Origin: Podarcis erhardii
Lineage: Eukaryota
Reading direction: 5' to 3' (one strand)
DNA: 64,000 nt
NCBI GenBank assembly: GCA_964252035.1
Contig: OZ176204.1
Positions 48,901 through 61,175 of this stretch are shown one piece after another. The position numbers and the translations under genes were made by a program. The notes under the pieces are model-generated. The model saw only the letters and a program-made list of their open reading frames with translations. It ran no database searches and was not told where the DNA came from. Every line of letters starts with the position of its first letter. Within the stretch, counting starts at the first letter, position 1.

Positions 48901-51900
48901 GAGAGCCTTGATTTTCTCTCTTCCCATAGGCTGGCAGTTTGTTTATTATTGCTGTTGATGCTTGAAAGTCCTGATCTTGGTCACTGAGGGAATGATTAGT
49001 TTTATGCCTGCAGCAAAGAGACATAATTGCAACATGATTTTTGAATGTTATCAGGTGTTATTTAATTTTAACATGGTCAATCCGAAAACAGTATTTCTCC
49101 TTTTCATACTTGTTTGCTCACTAATTGCAATGAAGTGTATCTGGAATGTCCAGCTTCAGTAACTACTTGTCAGAACATATTGTTGATGTTACTTATTCTC
49201 ATATCGCTCTTCAGTTTTGCTGTACTGCAGGAAGCCCCTATCCTGAAGGCCTGACACAGCCTGTCAAATAGTTTCTTCTGTGTGCTGTCCTTCCAACCAC
49301 ACTGATTTTGGCAATGGCAAAAGAAAAAAGGAGTTATGGTGCTGGGCTGGGAGAAGCACTTCATTGGAGGCTCAAAACACCCTGTCCCTGCTCATCAGAC
49401 AAATTGGATGAGTACCAGAATACTAGGCTGGCAGGAGAAATTTAAACCTCTCTTCCCAGCACTACAGTGGAGATTCCAATATTCTCCCTTCTCATCTGCA
49501 TAGATCGCTGAGGATGGGATTGGGGTTTTTTTCTTGGGGGGGGGGTGACCCACCCCAAGTGGTTGGCCAAAGGTAATTGCAGCCATTGGGCCAAAAATGG
49601 CTGACCACCCCTACTTTCCGGTGTAAATTTATGAGCCCCACTGTTAGAGATAGGGCCTTGGCTGCTATTGTGCCCTGGCTTTGGGATGTTCTCCCCAAGG
49701 CAGCTTGCCTGGTGCCAGCTTAGATGTTCTTTCAGCACCAGGTGAAGACCTTATGTGCTCATGCCTTTTAGACAAGTTTTTTTTTTCTTTTTAGGCTTAC
49801 ATTCTGTAGTCCCAGCTGTCCTGGTTTTAAAGTTTTTATGACTGCTATTGTTTTAGACATCTGCTGAGGCACTCTAGAAGTCTTTGGACTGAAAAGTGTT
49901 ACATTAAGTATTTGCAATTTTTTTTTAAAAAAAATGTTGAATAAACCACGTCTTCCCAACACTTTAGTTGCCATCTTGCCCCCTGGACTCATATACAGTG
50001 GTGCCCCGCAAGACGAACGCCTCGCAAGACGGAAAACCCGCTAGACGAAAGGGTTTTCCGTTTTGGAGGCGCTTCGCTAAACAAATTTCTCTATGGGGTT
50101 GCTTCGCAAGAAGAAAAAATCTTGCGAGTTCCCGCGGGTTTTTTTCGCTCCCCCCCCCTTTCCTAAGCCGCTAAGCCGCTTATCAGCTGTTCCGCTGATA
50201 AGCCGCCTCTCAGCTGATCGCTAAAAGCCGCTAGACCGCTAAGCCGTCAATGGGCTTGCTTCACAAGACGGAAAAACCGCTAGACGAAGAGAATCGCGGA
50301 ACGGATTAATTTCGTCTTGCGAGGCACCACTGTATTCTTCTTGAAATCAGCCTGTGAGCTGCTGTCTTCACTTGATAAGACTGTTGTAGTAATGTCTGAA
50401 AAATATCTGAAATAGTAAGTGCCTTGCCATCCTAATATCAGGACATCCAAAAGCTGCTTTCTGCCTGCCTTTTGAGTGAGAATTAGTGTGGGGAGAGAGC
50501 GACAGTTATAAAGGAATTTGCTATTTCACTGCTTTAGATGTACTAATATAGCTTACAGAAGTGTTCCCTTGTCAGAGGAATCTCTCAGATGAAAGTGTTT
50601 ATTGTAAATGAAGACGGGCTTTGGGGAGATAATTAGAAGTAGCATGGGTTTGATGCATATTCTGCTAGAAATCAGAGTGATTGGGCCCAATATAATATCT
50701 GGTGCACGGTAAAGGCACAATGAGAGCAATTTATAAACAAAGGGAGAATTGGGGTCAATAATTTGTATAAATAGCCAATGCAGTTTTTATCTGGCTCCTC
50801 AGTAGCTGTGTTTACCATGTACAGTCATACCATGGGTTAAAGTCGCTTTGGGTTAAATCTTTTCAGGTTGCGGTGACCTGGAAGTAATGGAATGGGGTAC
50901 TTCCGGGTTTCGCCACTCACGCATGCACAGACACTCAGAATTACATCACGTGCATGTGCAAACATGGCGAATCGCGGCACGGGCAGACGTGCAGGCGCGG
51001 GTTGCGTTCTGCTCATGATGCGAACGGGGCTCCAGAACGGATCCCGTTCGCATCCAGAGGTACCACTGTACAGTGCATAGCTGTCAACTTTCAGATTTGA
51101 AAATAAGGGATCAGCAGCCTCACCTGTCCCGGGGACAGTCTATGGGATATCTAACAATCCGGGATAGCAGCAGGAAGCAGCAAGAAACGGCGCTGGGATA
51201 AGGGAATTTCCCGCAAAAAAAGGGAAGGTTGACACCTATGGTACAGTGGTACCTCAGGTTAAGAACTTAATTCGTTCTGAAGGTCCGTTCTTAACCTGAA
51301 ACTGTTCTTAACCTGAGGTACCACTTTAGCTAATGGGGCCTCCCACTGCCACTATATGATTTCTGTTCTCATCCTGAAGCAAAGTTCTTAACCCAAGGTA
51401 CTATTTCTGGGTTAGCGGAGTCTGTAACCTGAAGTGTCTGTAACCCGAGGTACCACTGTATATCTAAAGTTAATGCTCAGCATCTGAAGCGGAACCAGTA
51501 TCAGAACCCCCAAAACAAGAAAGAACAAATTGTTTGCAAGGCAGGGAGCCAAAGAAAAGCATCATGGTCTCAGGCGGACAAAAGTTCCAGGAAGGGCAGT
51601 TGGTGAGTAGGAGGTCAGCCTGACCGGATCTGCTTACAAGGAGACAAGTTGCTCAGACTGAAGAACAGGCCCTGACTTTATAGAGCCAGATAGAGTTGCA
51701 TTCATCCCCCTAGTCATCTAATGCGGTACAGTGTCAGCTGGTGGAGCTTGTAATGCAACCGGGATGACACTTCGGGATAACATAAGTTAGTGTGCAACTC
51801 TTGCCAAAGATGCTGCTGGGTGGTCAGGAGAGCAAGGTGTTGGAGCCTGACAAAAACTTGACAGATCCAGTGCTTAATGCACAAGTTGCATCCCTTATGT

Positions 51901-54900
51901 CTCATTTTCATCTATTTTTCCTTCCAATTCCAGGCATGCTTACTTGGGAGTAAGCTGCATAGAACTTTGTGGAACTTCTGAGAAACATATGTATTGGATT
52001 GGGGTGTCAGGGAAATAACTTGCATGCATCCAATCAAGGCATATAATTCTTTAAAAACATCAGAAAGGTTTCTTTCCCTTGCTTTAACTAGACTTTGGTG
52101 TGTTCATTAGGGGAATATTTACAGTTATATAATGATCTTCCTGTTTCCAGAAAGGGTCAAATCAGTTATATTCATTTTTGCAACACTAGTGTAACACGGA
52201 TTTGATTCCAAACGTAAAAGTCTAAAATAGATTTAGAACACTGCTGGCAGATGGGATTGCCACCCCCTTATCTGTAATATATTTCCTTACATCACAGGGA
52301 TTAATGGATATAATCACAAATGCTACAGATGCTTCTTAAAAGGGTGGTTGAGAACAAATTGCTTCTTTTCTTTGTATTTCTATTCCCTTGAGTTTTACAG
52401 CTATCACCTGAATCCCACCCGAACAATTAGTATTGAAGCTTTAGGACTTGGCACTGAAGTAGCAGAATTAGGCATTTAATATTCCAAGCACTTTGAGGTA
52501 GAGGGGAAGCAGCTTTGAAATCATTTATTTAAAGCCACTGAAACATTTAATATCTGAAGTCTAGAACTGCAGCAGCGAAGGTCACATCAGGATATCTCTA
52601 GGCAGTCACTTTTGAATTATCTCAGGACTGTGAAGAATTGTTTTACAGCAATGAAATCCGTTAACATTTTGCTTCCAGTGTTAATAAACTGGAATAAATT
52701 CCATCTGATCATAATTTGTGGCATTTAATGGTGTGGATACATAGAGTTGTATCTAGTGTTGTCTGTATGCGCAGAACAGGCTTCCACATGTGCAGAGGGA
52801 CTTCACCGTCCTCTGAAGCCTTCCATGCATTCTCAAAATGTGCTCTGGAGGGTTGGGCTCTGCAGAGCAGATTTTGAGGCCACTCGGGACTGCAATGGGA
52901 AGGAGAGAAAAGTGACCACAGCCTCGGATTCTGCCCATAGGAAACAGGCAGGTGGTCTGAAATGCAGATAAAATATGTGTGTTTGCACCATGGTGTTTTA
53001 ATTAGATGCTAATTTGCCATTTTTTAATGTTTGTAATAAGTTAGGAAGATAAAGAGGGGGAAGTGGGGGAAACACATAGAAATAAATGCAGCTCTAATGT
53101 CCAATTTCTTATGGACTGGACCTAGGACATTTCACTTGATCATATTCTGTTTTGCCTTTCTTTTCTTACTAGCTCCCTCTTTCTGTTTTATCTAGCTCCA
53201 AGGTCCTTGCTGTTATCTCTAGTGTCATTAGATAAAGGGCGGTAATCCACTCTGACAAACAGGAGACAGGCTGTTCAAAAGATGTACCTGAAATGTCTGT
53301 TAGGATTTCTGCTTCCCTAGCCATCAGATGTTTTTCTGCTTCTGCCAAACGTGGCCAACTTTGTTGACACCTCTAAAGATTCTTGAGATTTCTACTACTG
53401 TAAAAATGTTTATACTACGGTAATTTAGCACAATAAAGTGGGGAAATATGTAGGAATAAATACTGAGCAAGCCAGGCAGATAATTTGGAAATGTATACCT
53501 GATAGGTTTAATTATGATAAATTCTGCCCCTAGATGCTATTTTTGACCAAAACAGACTATTACAAATTTCAAGATTGTCCAGTAGCACCTTAGAGACCAA
53601 CTAAGTTTGTTCTGGGTATAAGCTTTCTTCATGCATGCACACGAAAGCTTATACCGAGAACAAACTTAGTTGGTCTCTAAGGTGCTACTGCACAATAGTT
53701 TAATTTTTTTATTTCGACGGCGTCAGACCAACACAGCTACCTACCTGAATCTTAAATTTCAAGGTCTCCTCTCCCACACCTATAGAGTATTGAGTTATCA
53801 GAGAATACCAACACTGCTACATGCTCTTTAATACAAGACCAAGGAACTTCATTTCTGTTCACATGGGGGAAGCACATAAGTCATAATTTTTATCCTTAAA
53901 ATAAAGTTAATTCTGTGGTGTCAAGCAAAGGAGTTATACCAGAAGCCTTCTTCCTAAAAATCCTAATTATGAAACCTAGGAAGGTGAACATCCTCTAGCA
54001 GACTAAGTCAATAAAATCCTCAGTGAAGGAAACAGAACTAACTTCAAACATTTCAAACAGTGAAGATATCTCTGACTCCCTATAGGTTTCCAGGATGTGT
54101 TTTGTTTTTGTTGGATTTTTTTTTAAAAAAACCCTAAAATAATCATCTGCTGACTGGGAGAGGTGGTTCTGAAAATATCCAGAAACATCTTGAGTATAAT
54201 CTGCCTCCTGTTATTCAGAACAGATTCGTACCCACCATAGAATAGCACCAGAGATAAGTCAAAGATGCACAGCTCATTGTTAAGAACCCAGTCAGCCATT
54301 TTCACACTGAGGAAGCTTTTATCAAGGATTGATGGTGAAATTGTCAGTAAAAAAAATGTTTGTTTGTTTGTTTGTTTATTACGTTAATATACCACCCTTC
54401 ATCCACAGATCTCAGGGCAGTTCACAACATAAAAATACAAAATGAAAACACAAAATACATAATAAAACAAAACAAACAACCTAAAGACAACTTGTCTGCT
54501 GCTGCCACTTGCTTCTTGCAAATCTTGCAAACTCCTGAAACTGCAGGAGTTAAAATGTACCCTAGAACACAACCCCAAATCCCCGGTAGTGCAAAAGTGT
54601 TTTGTAGGTAACAAAATCACAGCACATTGATCAACACAGAAACAATTCATTGACACTAGAAAGACTGAACTCTACCGACTTAGATATTAAACATGGACAT
54701 GATCATGACTTGTTGTTCCTATCTTTGTTTCAGTTGCATCACTTGAGATTTCTGTTTGCTGATGGTGTGGATGACTTAAGCAATATCATGCAATAGTTGC
54801 ATGCAATTCTTACATGAATGGACTGTGCACCTCTGTTTAGTTTTAAAGAATCATTCAGAGAGTTGCCAATGATCAGTATCTCTGGGACTTGTTAGTATCA

Positions 54901-57900
54901 AATGAGATACAGATTGCAAATGGCATGTACACAGTGTCCACAGAGAACTGGCGCCCAGGAGCTCCTGCGTTATTTAATTAAAATGATTCTTGGACACCTG
55001 CTCATGTTAACAAGTTTAACCACACCTGTTCTGAAGGGATATTTGCTTTGAACAAATGGAATTTGAACATGGAATTTCTTGAGATATTTATTGACACATC
55101 CACTGAACAGTACAAAATGAAGTTAATATTTGAACAAAGTCCAAAGTCATTGGAGTTAATAAGATAGGAAAAGGATATTTAAAGTAGTTAACAGAGAAGC
55201 AATAAGTCTTACGAAGCTGGGACAGGGGGTGCTGTCTTCAAACGAACTCAATCTGTTTAGGCGTGTGCTTTACATGTTTATAGCTGCTTGTTACTTTACA
55301 GTGCTATTGCAGGCAATGGGTTCAATAAAAACTTGTGTTTTGAAGAGATCTCTTGCCAAATCCTCAAATTGCTTTTTGAAATTGGGACTATAAAAGAGTA
55401 GTTTTGAGGTCCTGGAGATCATTTCTGGAGATGAAATAGATACATAAAATGTGTTCTCAAAGAGCCATTGAGTTAAAACTTTAAAGCCCCTAGCTTGTTG
55501 CAGCTAAAGAAAACACATTTTGATACTTTTTTCTGTTTATTTCTAGGTAGACATAATATGTGGTGATCACCTGCTGGAACACTATCAGACTTTGAGGGAA
55601 ATCCAGCGAGCTCTAGGGGAGAGTGCAGTGCAGGTAAGTTGATGCCACAGCTGCAAGGGAATTGCCTCTGGTGCTCCTGCCTCAGCCTCCCATACACTCC
55701 TTGGGGATATACCCAAGCATGGCATTTGCTGGGAAAGCTTCTGAGTTGTGAACCTTTAAGGCAAAAGTGTGCATGAGTCCAGCAGTGGCAATGGCTGAAG
55801 TGGAGCGTCTGGCTTTTACCAACGTCAAGTTTGCCTGTGTGTACAGATGAGCACCTCCCTTTTGTGTGGAAGACACTGCTCCCCACTGTTTTGGGGAGGA
55901 ATGTTGCAGCAGCACTGTTGAGGCAGGACAAGAGTATTCAAATCTAGCAAAAAAGGGGTGAAGAGAGACAGGTGTCAGGTGCACCAGTTAAACATCATAG
56001 CATGTGTTTCTCCTTCTCTTGCTTACCTGTGTGAGGTGTAGCTGTTGAAGTGGAATGGGGCTGGATATACAGTATGTGTCCAGAGTACCGAAGTGAGATA
56101 CATATTAGGATTGTGAGATAAGAAGCATTAGCAATGTGTTCAGCTTCCCATGTGTGTTCTGAGGCCAAGTGCATCTAATGATCTTTTGATGTGGACAGAG
56201 TGGTCACTGACTTAAGCGAGAGGGAAATCTTATGCCAGGTCTGGCATTGATGTAAAGTTACCTGTCAACCAGGATTGAAGGGCTATAGGATACAGCGCAA
56301 GTGTGCTCCTCCTCTGTACTATTCTGCCTTGCCCATGACTCCACCCCATTTTATCTGTTCTGACAGCATTCTGTTGTGCTGCTGGCATATTTAGAAGCTG
56401 GCCAGGATAGCAAGCCTTCAGCCAAATCCTATAGCATCTTAGCCAACAGAACTTAAGTATAGGACTGCTTCTTAAGTCTAGCTGAGTCTTCATGTAGTGT
56501 TTAAATGGCTTCTACCAGCACATTACTTTAAAAAAATAAACAAATTTCAGGTATCTGAAGAAGTGTGCATGCACACGAAAGCTTATACCCAGAACAAATT
56601 GAGTTGGTCTCTAAGGAGCTACTGGACAATTTTTTAATTTTTTAATATATTTTGACTGCATCAGACCAACACGGCTACCTACTTGAATCTAAATTTCAGG
56701 CTGTTATGGTTTAGAGCGTTGTTGTTTTTAATGAAAGCAGTCTCTCCCAGTCTAAAGACATAAAAGGGTATATCATGGATCTCCTAGTAGGTTGAGGAAA
56801 AGGAAAATTCACCAACTCTGTTATCCTTGGTGAATGTGCTCTGATCTAGGCATACTGCAGGCTAAGCATGTGCTTCTGCATTCACAGATCAACCCTGCTG
56901 AACAGGTGGTTGGCTCTGTCTGCTTTGTATGCACTAATCATTTGTTAGGACAGTGGTGGGTAGAGTGTGCATCTGGAATCAGAACTGACAATGCTGATCT
57001 TGTACTTTAGCATTCAAGAGTATTGTGTACCAGTGATAGCAGGTGCTGGGTGCAACCGCTGCCCATTGTAGGGCAGGATTATTTTGCATACTCTGGTCAC
57101 ATCTAGAACGGCAGTCATTGTAGAAGCCTCTTTCTACACACATATTGTCTTTGCTTGATCACAGCAGTAATGTAGAATTCTTACCACATTTTAAAATCGT
57201 ACAATATAAGGACAATTGAAAATAAAAAAAAATAAGATACATTTTATAATCTGGTGGCTCTTTTAATCAAATATAAGGATAGCTTGCTGAATTACTGAAT
57301 TAAAATAACCTGTTTTACAGGTTGAATTGTTCATTTCTCACTTTGGTGCATAAGTGCTAATTTTGCATTCTAGACAAGGTGTCAGAATGAAGTGTAATCA
57401 GTAGAGAAAGGTGTTATACAGCAGTACATTTTTTTAAAATTTATTTTGCTCATAGGTGATGTTTTGTTTGATGTTGTAGATCTTTTCTAGCCAACACATC
57501 TCCAACATTTGAACACAGTATATGTCAGAAGAAGTCACAATCACAGCATTGCCTTTCACACCTAATAGTAGCCTGTCAGGAAATTGTGACAGACTTATGG
57601 CAAGGCTAAACCTATCATAAGGCACCATTTCTGTATATCCAAACTTCCATGCTAGGGCTGCATATAAAACTGTTGTGATTTGGCTGATTTCAATGGCTCA
57701 ATTATGCAGTCAAATGGAGGTTGCCAGTTGACTCCCTATGGCTTTTGTACAGACTTGCCAATAAGTATGGACCAACCCTATATATAACCCCAAAGCAGTG
57801 CCTGCTTTTTCATTTACTCCAGCAGTTTGTTTCAGGGAAATTGCATTCTATAACACTTCGTCCTGGGATCGAAAGCTGAAGCTTCCTTATTGAGAATGAC

Positions 57901-58618
57901 TCATAGTGTGTTTGTCGTCTTCAAAAAAAGCATATAATGTACTGTACATACAACGGGAATCTGCAGACGGTCAGGTTTCTCCAATACATACATAGGTGTT
58001 CAGGATGATGCATCTGCCATTAACACTTGGCATTTTTGCTAAGCTAAACACTGGTTTTACTGCCGCAAACACTGCCTTGTAAAGTGCAAAGCAGCCCTCA
58101 AACTTAATGGAGGGAGGATTGGATCCTAAGGAGTCTCTGCAATAACTGTGGCTTGATGGAGAAGCTGAGTCAAAAGACAAAGTGGTTGCAATATGATGTG
58201 GAACAGTTCAACAATGGGTTGTGCATTCTGACTGTTAGCCTCTCTTTAAAAGGGATATTACAGTGTTCAGACACAGGCAAACAACTGAATGACTTGTTCA
58301 GTTGTTTTCAAACCACCTCTAAATGGGACTGTACTCACAAAGAAATTACAAGTGGGCTTCATACTCAGCTGTTGACTCCCTTGATCCTCTGTTCATTAAA
58401 TAGCACACTGGGAGATCCTGCATTTTATTATTCACAATCAAGAGCAAATTTTCATTAGGTCTCATAAAGAAACTTAGGTGTGGCAAGGCTTTGTTTTTGC
58501 ATTTGTTTTTACTTGTTTACAAGTGTGATTTTTCTTTCCTACTTTCTAGGATGGCTTACTTGTACTTCACTATGGGCTGATTCTTAGCAGAGATCCCACA
58601 CTTTCAAGGATTTGTTAA
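36515..58618 (+). CDS. PCGF6: Polycomb group RING finger protein 6, complete, 10 exons, 328 aa
   Basis: Acidic N-terminus, C3HC4 RING ([25 protein letters not shown]...CPKC), RAWUL region to [10 protein letters not shown]; exons sum to 987 nt in phase. Confidence 0.96.
37590..37697 (+). mobile_element. CR1 3'-end fragment
   Basis: catctggttggccactgtgataacaggatactggac...gctcttcttatgctctta. Confidence 0.55.
37906..38005 (+). CDS. PCGF6: PCGF6 exon 2
   Basis: 100 nt, [33 protein letters not shown]. Confidence 0.96.
38994..39129. mobile_element. Palindromic hAT-derived MITE
   Basis: Near-perfect self-complementarity; near-TSD agctagaa/acctagaa. Confidence 0.8.
39477..39573 (+). CDS. PCGF6: PCGF6 exon 3
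   Basis: 97 nt, [31 protein letters not shown]. Confidence 0.96.
40103..40158 (+). CDS. PCGF6: PCGF6 exon 4
   Basis: 56 nt, [18 protein letters not shown]. Confidence 0.95.
40432..40757 (+). mobile_element. Sauria-type SINE, near full length
   Basis: B box ggttcgaatccc, gcagttcgaaagc core, ggggtccctttacctttacc tail. Confidence 0.88.
41132..41191 (+). CDS. PCGF6: PCGF6 exon 5
   Basis: 60 nt, [19 protein letters not shown]. Confidence 0.95.
41704..41760. repeat. 27-bp tandem duplication
   Basis: tagagtgaagagtagagaagggattac twice. Confidence 0.9.
42018..42313 (-). mobile_element. CR1 LINE 3' fragment
   Basis: atcatagaatcagaattgtagagttggaaggg tail and agaaagttcttcctgatgtttag body motif. Confidence 0.8.
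42391..42554. mobile_element. MITE with about 30-bp TIRs (possibly PIF/Harbinger-type)
   Basis: ggcccagtttggatgacatgctaagccaaacc / ggtttggcttaccatgtcacgtgaaccaggcc. Confidence 0.55.
42794..42902 (+). CDS. PCGF6: PCGF6 exon 6
   Basis: 109 nt, [35 protein letters not shown]. Confidence 0.95.
43887..44242. mobile_element. Tc1/mariner (Tigger-like) MITE, copy 1
   Basis: TIR cagtggtgcc(c/t)cgcaagacgaa; TA on both sides. Confidence 0.88.
45807..45834 (+). CDS. PCGF6: PCGF6 exon 7 (28-nt microexon)
   Basis: tttcag|A GCT AAT GAT CTG TCT GGG AAA TTT AAG|gtacaa = ANDLSGKFK; restores phase, parallels human ANEGTGHFK. Confidence 0.88.
46284..46480 (+). mobile_element. Old tRNA-derived SINE (Squam3/MIR-like)
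   Basis: gccaatgtggtgtagtg head; ctcagccatgaagctcactgg and ctcagcctagcccaactcacag core. Confidence 0.5.
46628..46653. repeat. (AAC)n microsatellite
   Basis: aacaacaacaacaacaacaacaacaac. Confidence 0.9.
46743..46841 (+). CDS. PCGF6: PCGF6 exon 8
   Basis: 99 nt, [33 protein letters not shown]. Confidence 0.96.
49996..50332. mobile_element. Tc1/mariner (Tigger-like) MITE, copy 2
   Basis: Same TIRs and orientation as the 43887 copy; TA TSD. Confidence 0.88.
50822..51068. mobile_element. Tigger-like MITE
   Basis: ta-cagtcatacc ... ggtaccactg-ta. Confidence 0.75.
51076..51240. mobile_element. hAT-type MITE inserted at a MITE-MITE junction
   Basis: TIR catagctgtcaac / gttgacacctatg; 8-bp TSD gtacagtg (51068-51075, 51241-51248). 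Confidence 0.8.
51244..51458. mobile_element. Tigger-like MITE
   Basis: cagtggtacctcaggtt ... aacccgaggtaccactg-ta. Confidence 0.82.
53574..53753 (+). mobile_element. PLE-derived short element, fold-back inside ribozyme stem II
   Basis: Inverted arms around atgcatgcac; TSD aaatttcaag (53564-53573, 53754-53763). Confidence 0.75.
55547..55633 (+). CDS. PCGF6: PCGF6 exon 9
   Basis: 87 nt, [29 protein letters not shown]. Confidence 0.96.
56552..56690 (+). mobile_element. PLE-derived short element, single copy with intact hammerhead motif
   Basis: tatctgaagaagtgtgcatgcacacgaaagcttatacc...gaccaacacggctacctacttgaatct; TSD aaatttcagg (56542-56551, 56691-56700). Confidence 0.78.
58550..58618 (+). 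CDS. PCGF6: PCGF6 exon 10 coding part
   Basis: [25 protein letters not shown]. Confidence 0.93.
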   Translation, partial: DGLLVLHYGLILSRDPTLSRIC

Positions 58619-60946
58619 AATCCAACATGGAGGGGCTTTGAAGAAACAAATGATCCTCATTCTGGGAAGTGCATGATGAACATTAATGCACAGTTTTCAC
58701 TCTGCATAGTAAGTTAGAATCTGAAAAAAGGAATGCTGTAAAGTAAGCACAGCTATAAATACTGCAGTGCTGTTATGTCATTAACACCTAGCTAGTTCAG
58801 GGAAGAGCAAATGTGTCAAGATGACTGGATTTGTCTTAAATGCGGTTTGTGTATTGGCAGCACTGACTCCCAGGACTTAAGCTTGAAACCAGTATTTATC
58901 TGAAAGACAGTTTCACTGGTGTTCTCAGGGATTATCTCCAGTGTGCAGTGTTTTATTGGAAAAGATGTGTTCTTCTCAGAGACGTTTATTGTACACTAAT
59001 GGTATTGGTTTAGAAATAGGAAAGGGAAACCTTTCAGTTGTGTGCCTAAAATGGGGGGGATAATCACCTTTCAAAAACCGCAAGCATTGTATCTCATGGT
59101 TTATGTGAGTAATAGCATTAAAACATGCAATATCCTATAAATTTGTTAAAATTGGAGAGAAATTGTGTGCATGTTAACTAGACACCAGAATACTGATGCT
59201 ACTCACACAGCGTGGATGTGACAGTAGATTGCACAGGGCTGCCTTTGAGGTCCCTTTGGAAGCCATCATGCAACTGATTATATTCCTATTGAAGACAATA
59301 ACCAGACTTTGTTCTATGAAAGTCTATCAGAAGGACGGCAGTAACCTTTCTCTATCCCCTGCTACTTTCCTTTAAGCCCACTTCTTCTTCTGGTCTGCAG
59401 TCACTACCATGTTTGCCTTTGTCCCTTGCAGCCTCTGCCCTAGCTCCCCTTCTTGCAGATGTTCCACTATATTCTACTCCCTCCCCCCAGCTTTTGTTTT
59501 GCCACCTTTGTAGAAAATGACTATGTCTGTCCCCTTCCATGCATATGAGCTTGAGACTGCGCCCTGTGTTTTCCAGCCAGTAGTAGTAATGCCCTGTGAA
59601 CAATAAAAAAAGCTCTGGTTAAAGAACAACACGATGAAGGAGTTCATTTTTAACATTTCCTGTAACCTAGCCACAGCAATGGTCTTAGTACAAAGATTTC
59701 ATTAAACCTTGCTATACAATGCTTAGTCTTCAACTTTTGCAGACCCAGAATCCACCATTAACCCAAACATGCACCTGGGGATCCATTTCATAGTTTTTAA
59801 CCAAAAATTTATCTAGTAGTGCTGCTGTTGTGACCTCCCTTAGACCAGGCTGTGATATAAAGTGCAAGTGTAAGAAACCCGTGGCCTTTTAGATGACCTT
59901 GGACTCCAACTCCCATCAGCCCCAGCCCTTGTGGCCAGTAGAGACGGATGGTGGGAATTGTAATCCAGCAACATCTAGAGGGCCACAAGTTCCCCACCCC
60001 TGTGATAGTGGTTCCCAAACCACCAGTTGAAGATCAATGGCTTAATCCATTATCACATAGGCAGCAAACAAAGTTTATGCAATTGGAGCGATAGATGGAA
60101 GACACATTACTGATGCCACTCCCGTGCCTCTATAGAAGGTGTCAGATTTTCTTTTGCTAACTTTTAATTCATTACCTGTGCACTTAAAGATTCTGTCCTA
60201 TTGTGGAACTGCTACTCCATAGTCTTAAAGAGGCTTAGATGTGCATTTATGGTGACCTGAAAAGCTAGTTTTTAGACCAAATGTGTGTTGAAGGGTTTTG
60301 CTTTTGAAAATGCCTTTATGAATTCAATTTTGTTACAATAAATTTTTGATGTGGGGATATTCATAAATATCTACCTGTTTTAAATTCAAAATATCCAGTT
60401 TGCGTTCAGTATTTCTAAAAACAACAGAATGGAACAAAAATTTATTTTTGTAAATATTTTTGTCTAATGTTTTAAGGGATGAAGTATTTAAAGTGTTAAA
60501 AAGTAGAAGCCTTCCAAAACTAAAAAAGAAAAGAAAAGAGGAAGTATAATAAACATGCTGGAAAAGCAAAACTAGCAGGCAAGTGAAAAAGAATTTGAGG
60601 CGCATATTGCTAAAAGAAGGAATTCAACAAAGCACTATGGCAATAGTTCTGTCAGCACAAACATTTCAGTTTGCCAGACAGAACAATACCCCCTATCTTT
60701 CCCCTGCATGCTATTCTGGGGTTTCTCCCAACACTCCCCCTGAGCCAGCTGGAGGGGCAGTGGAAGAGGCAGAATGCCCTGTTTTGCTAGCTAGCCACTT
60801 GTGGGGGCCTCCATTAGTGTGACGTGTTAGTTGAATCCCACTCAAAACAATGAACAGAACACGGAAGTACATTAGAGACAGGAAAATAGCCAGGGTGATA
60901 TTTGGATCATTACATAGCAAAGATACAGTAAGACATGATTACTAAA

Positions 60947-61175
60947 CACAGTTACAGATAGGTAGCCGTGTTGGTCTGCCATAGTCAAAACAAAACAAAT
61001 TCCTTCCAGTAGCACCTTAAAGACCAACTAAGTCAGTTCTTGGTATGAGCTTTCGTGTGCATGCACACTTCTTCAGATACCAGGTATCTGAAGAAGTGTG
61101 CATGCACACGAAAGCTCATACCAAGAACTGACTTAGTTGGTCTTTAAGGTGCTACTGGAAGGAATTTGTTTTGTT
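60947..61175 (-). mobile_element. PLE-derived element with a perfect 93-bp-arm palindrome
   Basis: Arms 60989-61081 and 61083-61175, 1-nt spacer; 12-bp TSD atgattactaaa (60935-60946, 61176-61187). Confidence 0.82.

Noticed and set aside
53610-53660. Hammerhead in the 53.6-kb copy
   Set aside because: The inversion removed the CUGAAGA core, so neither strand has a full motif.
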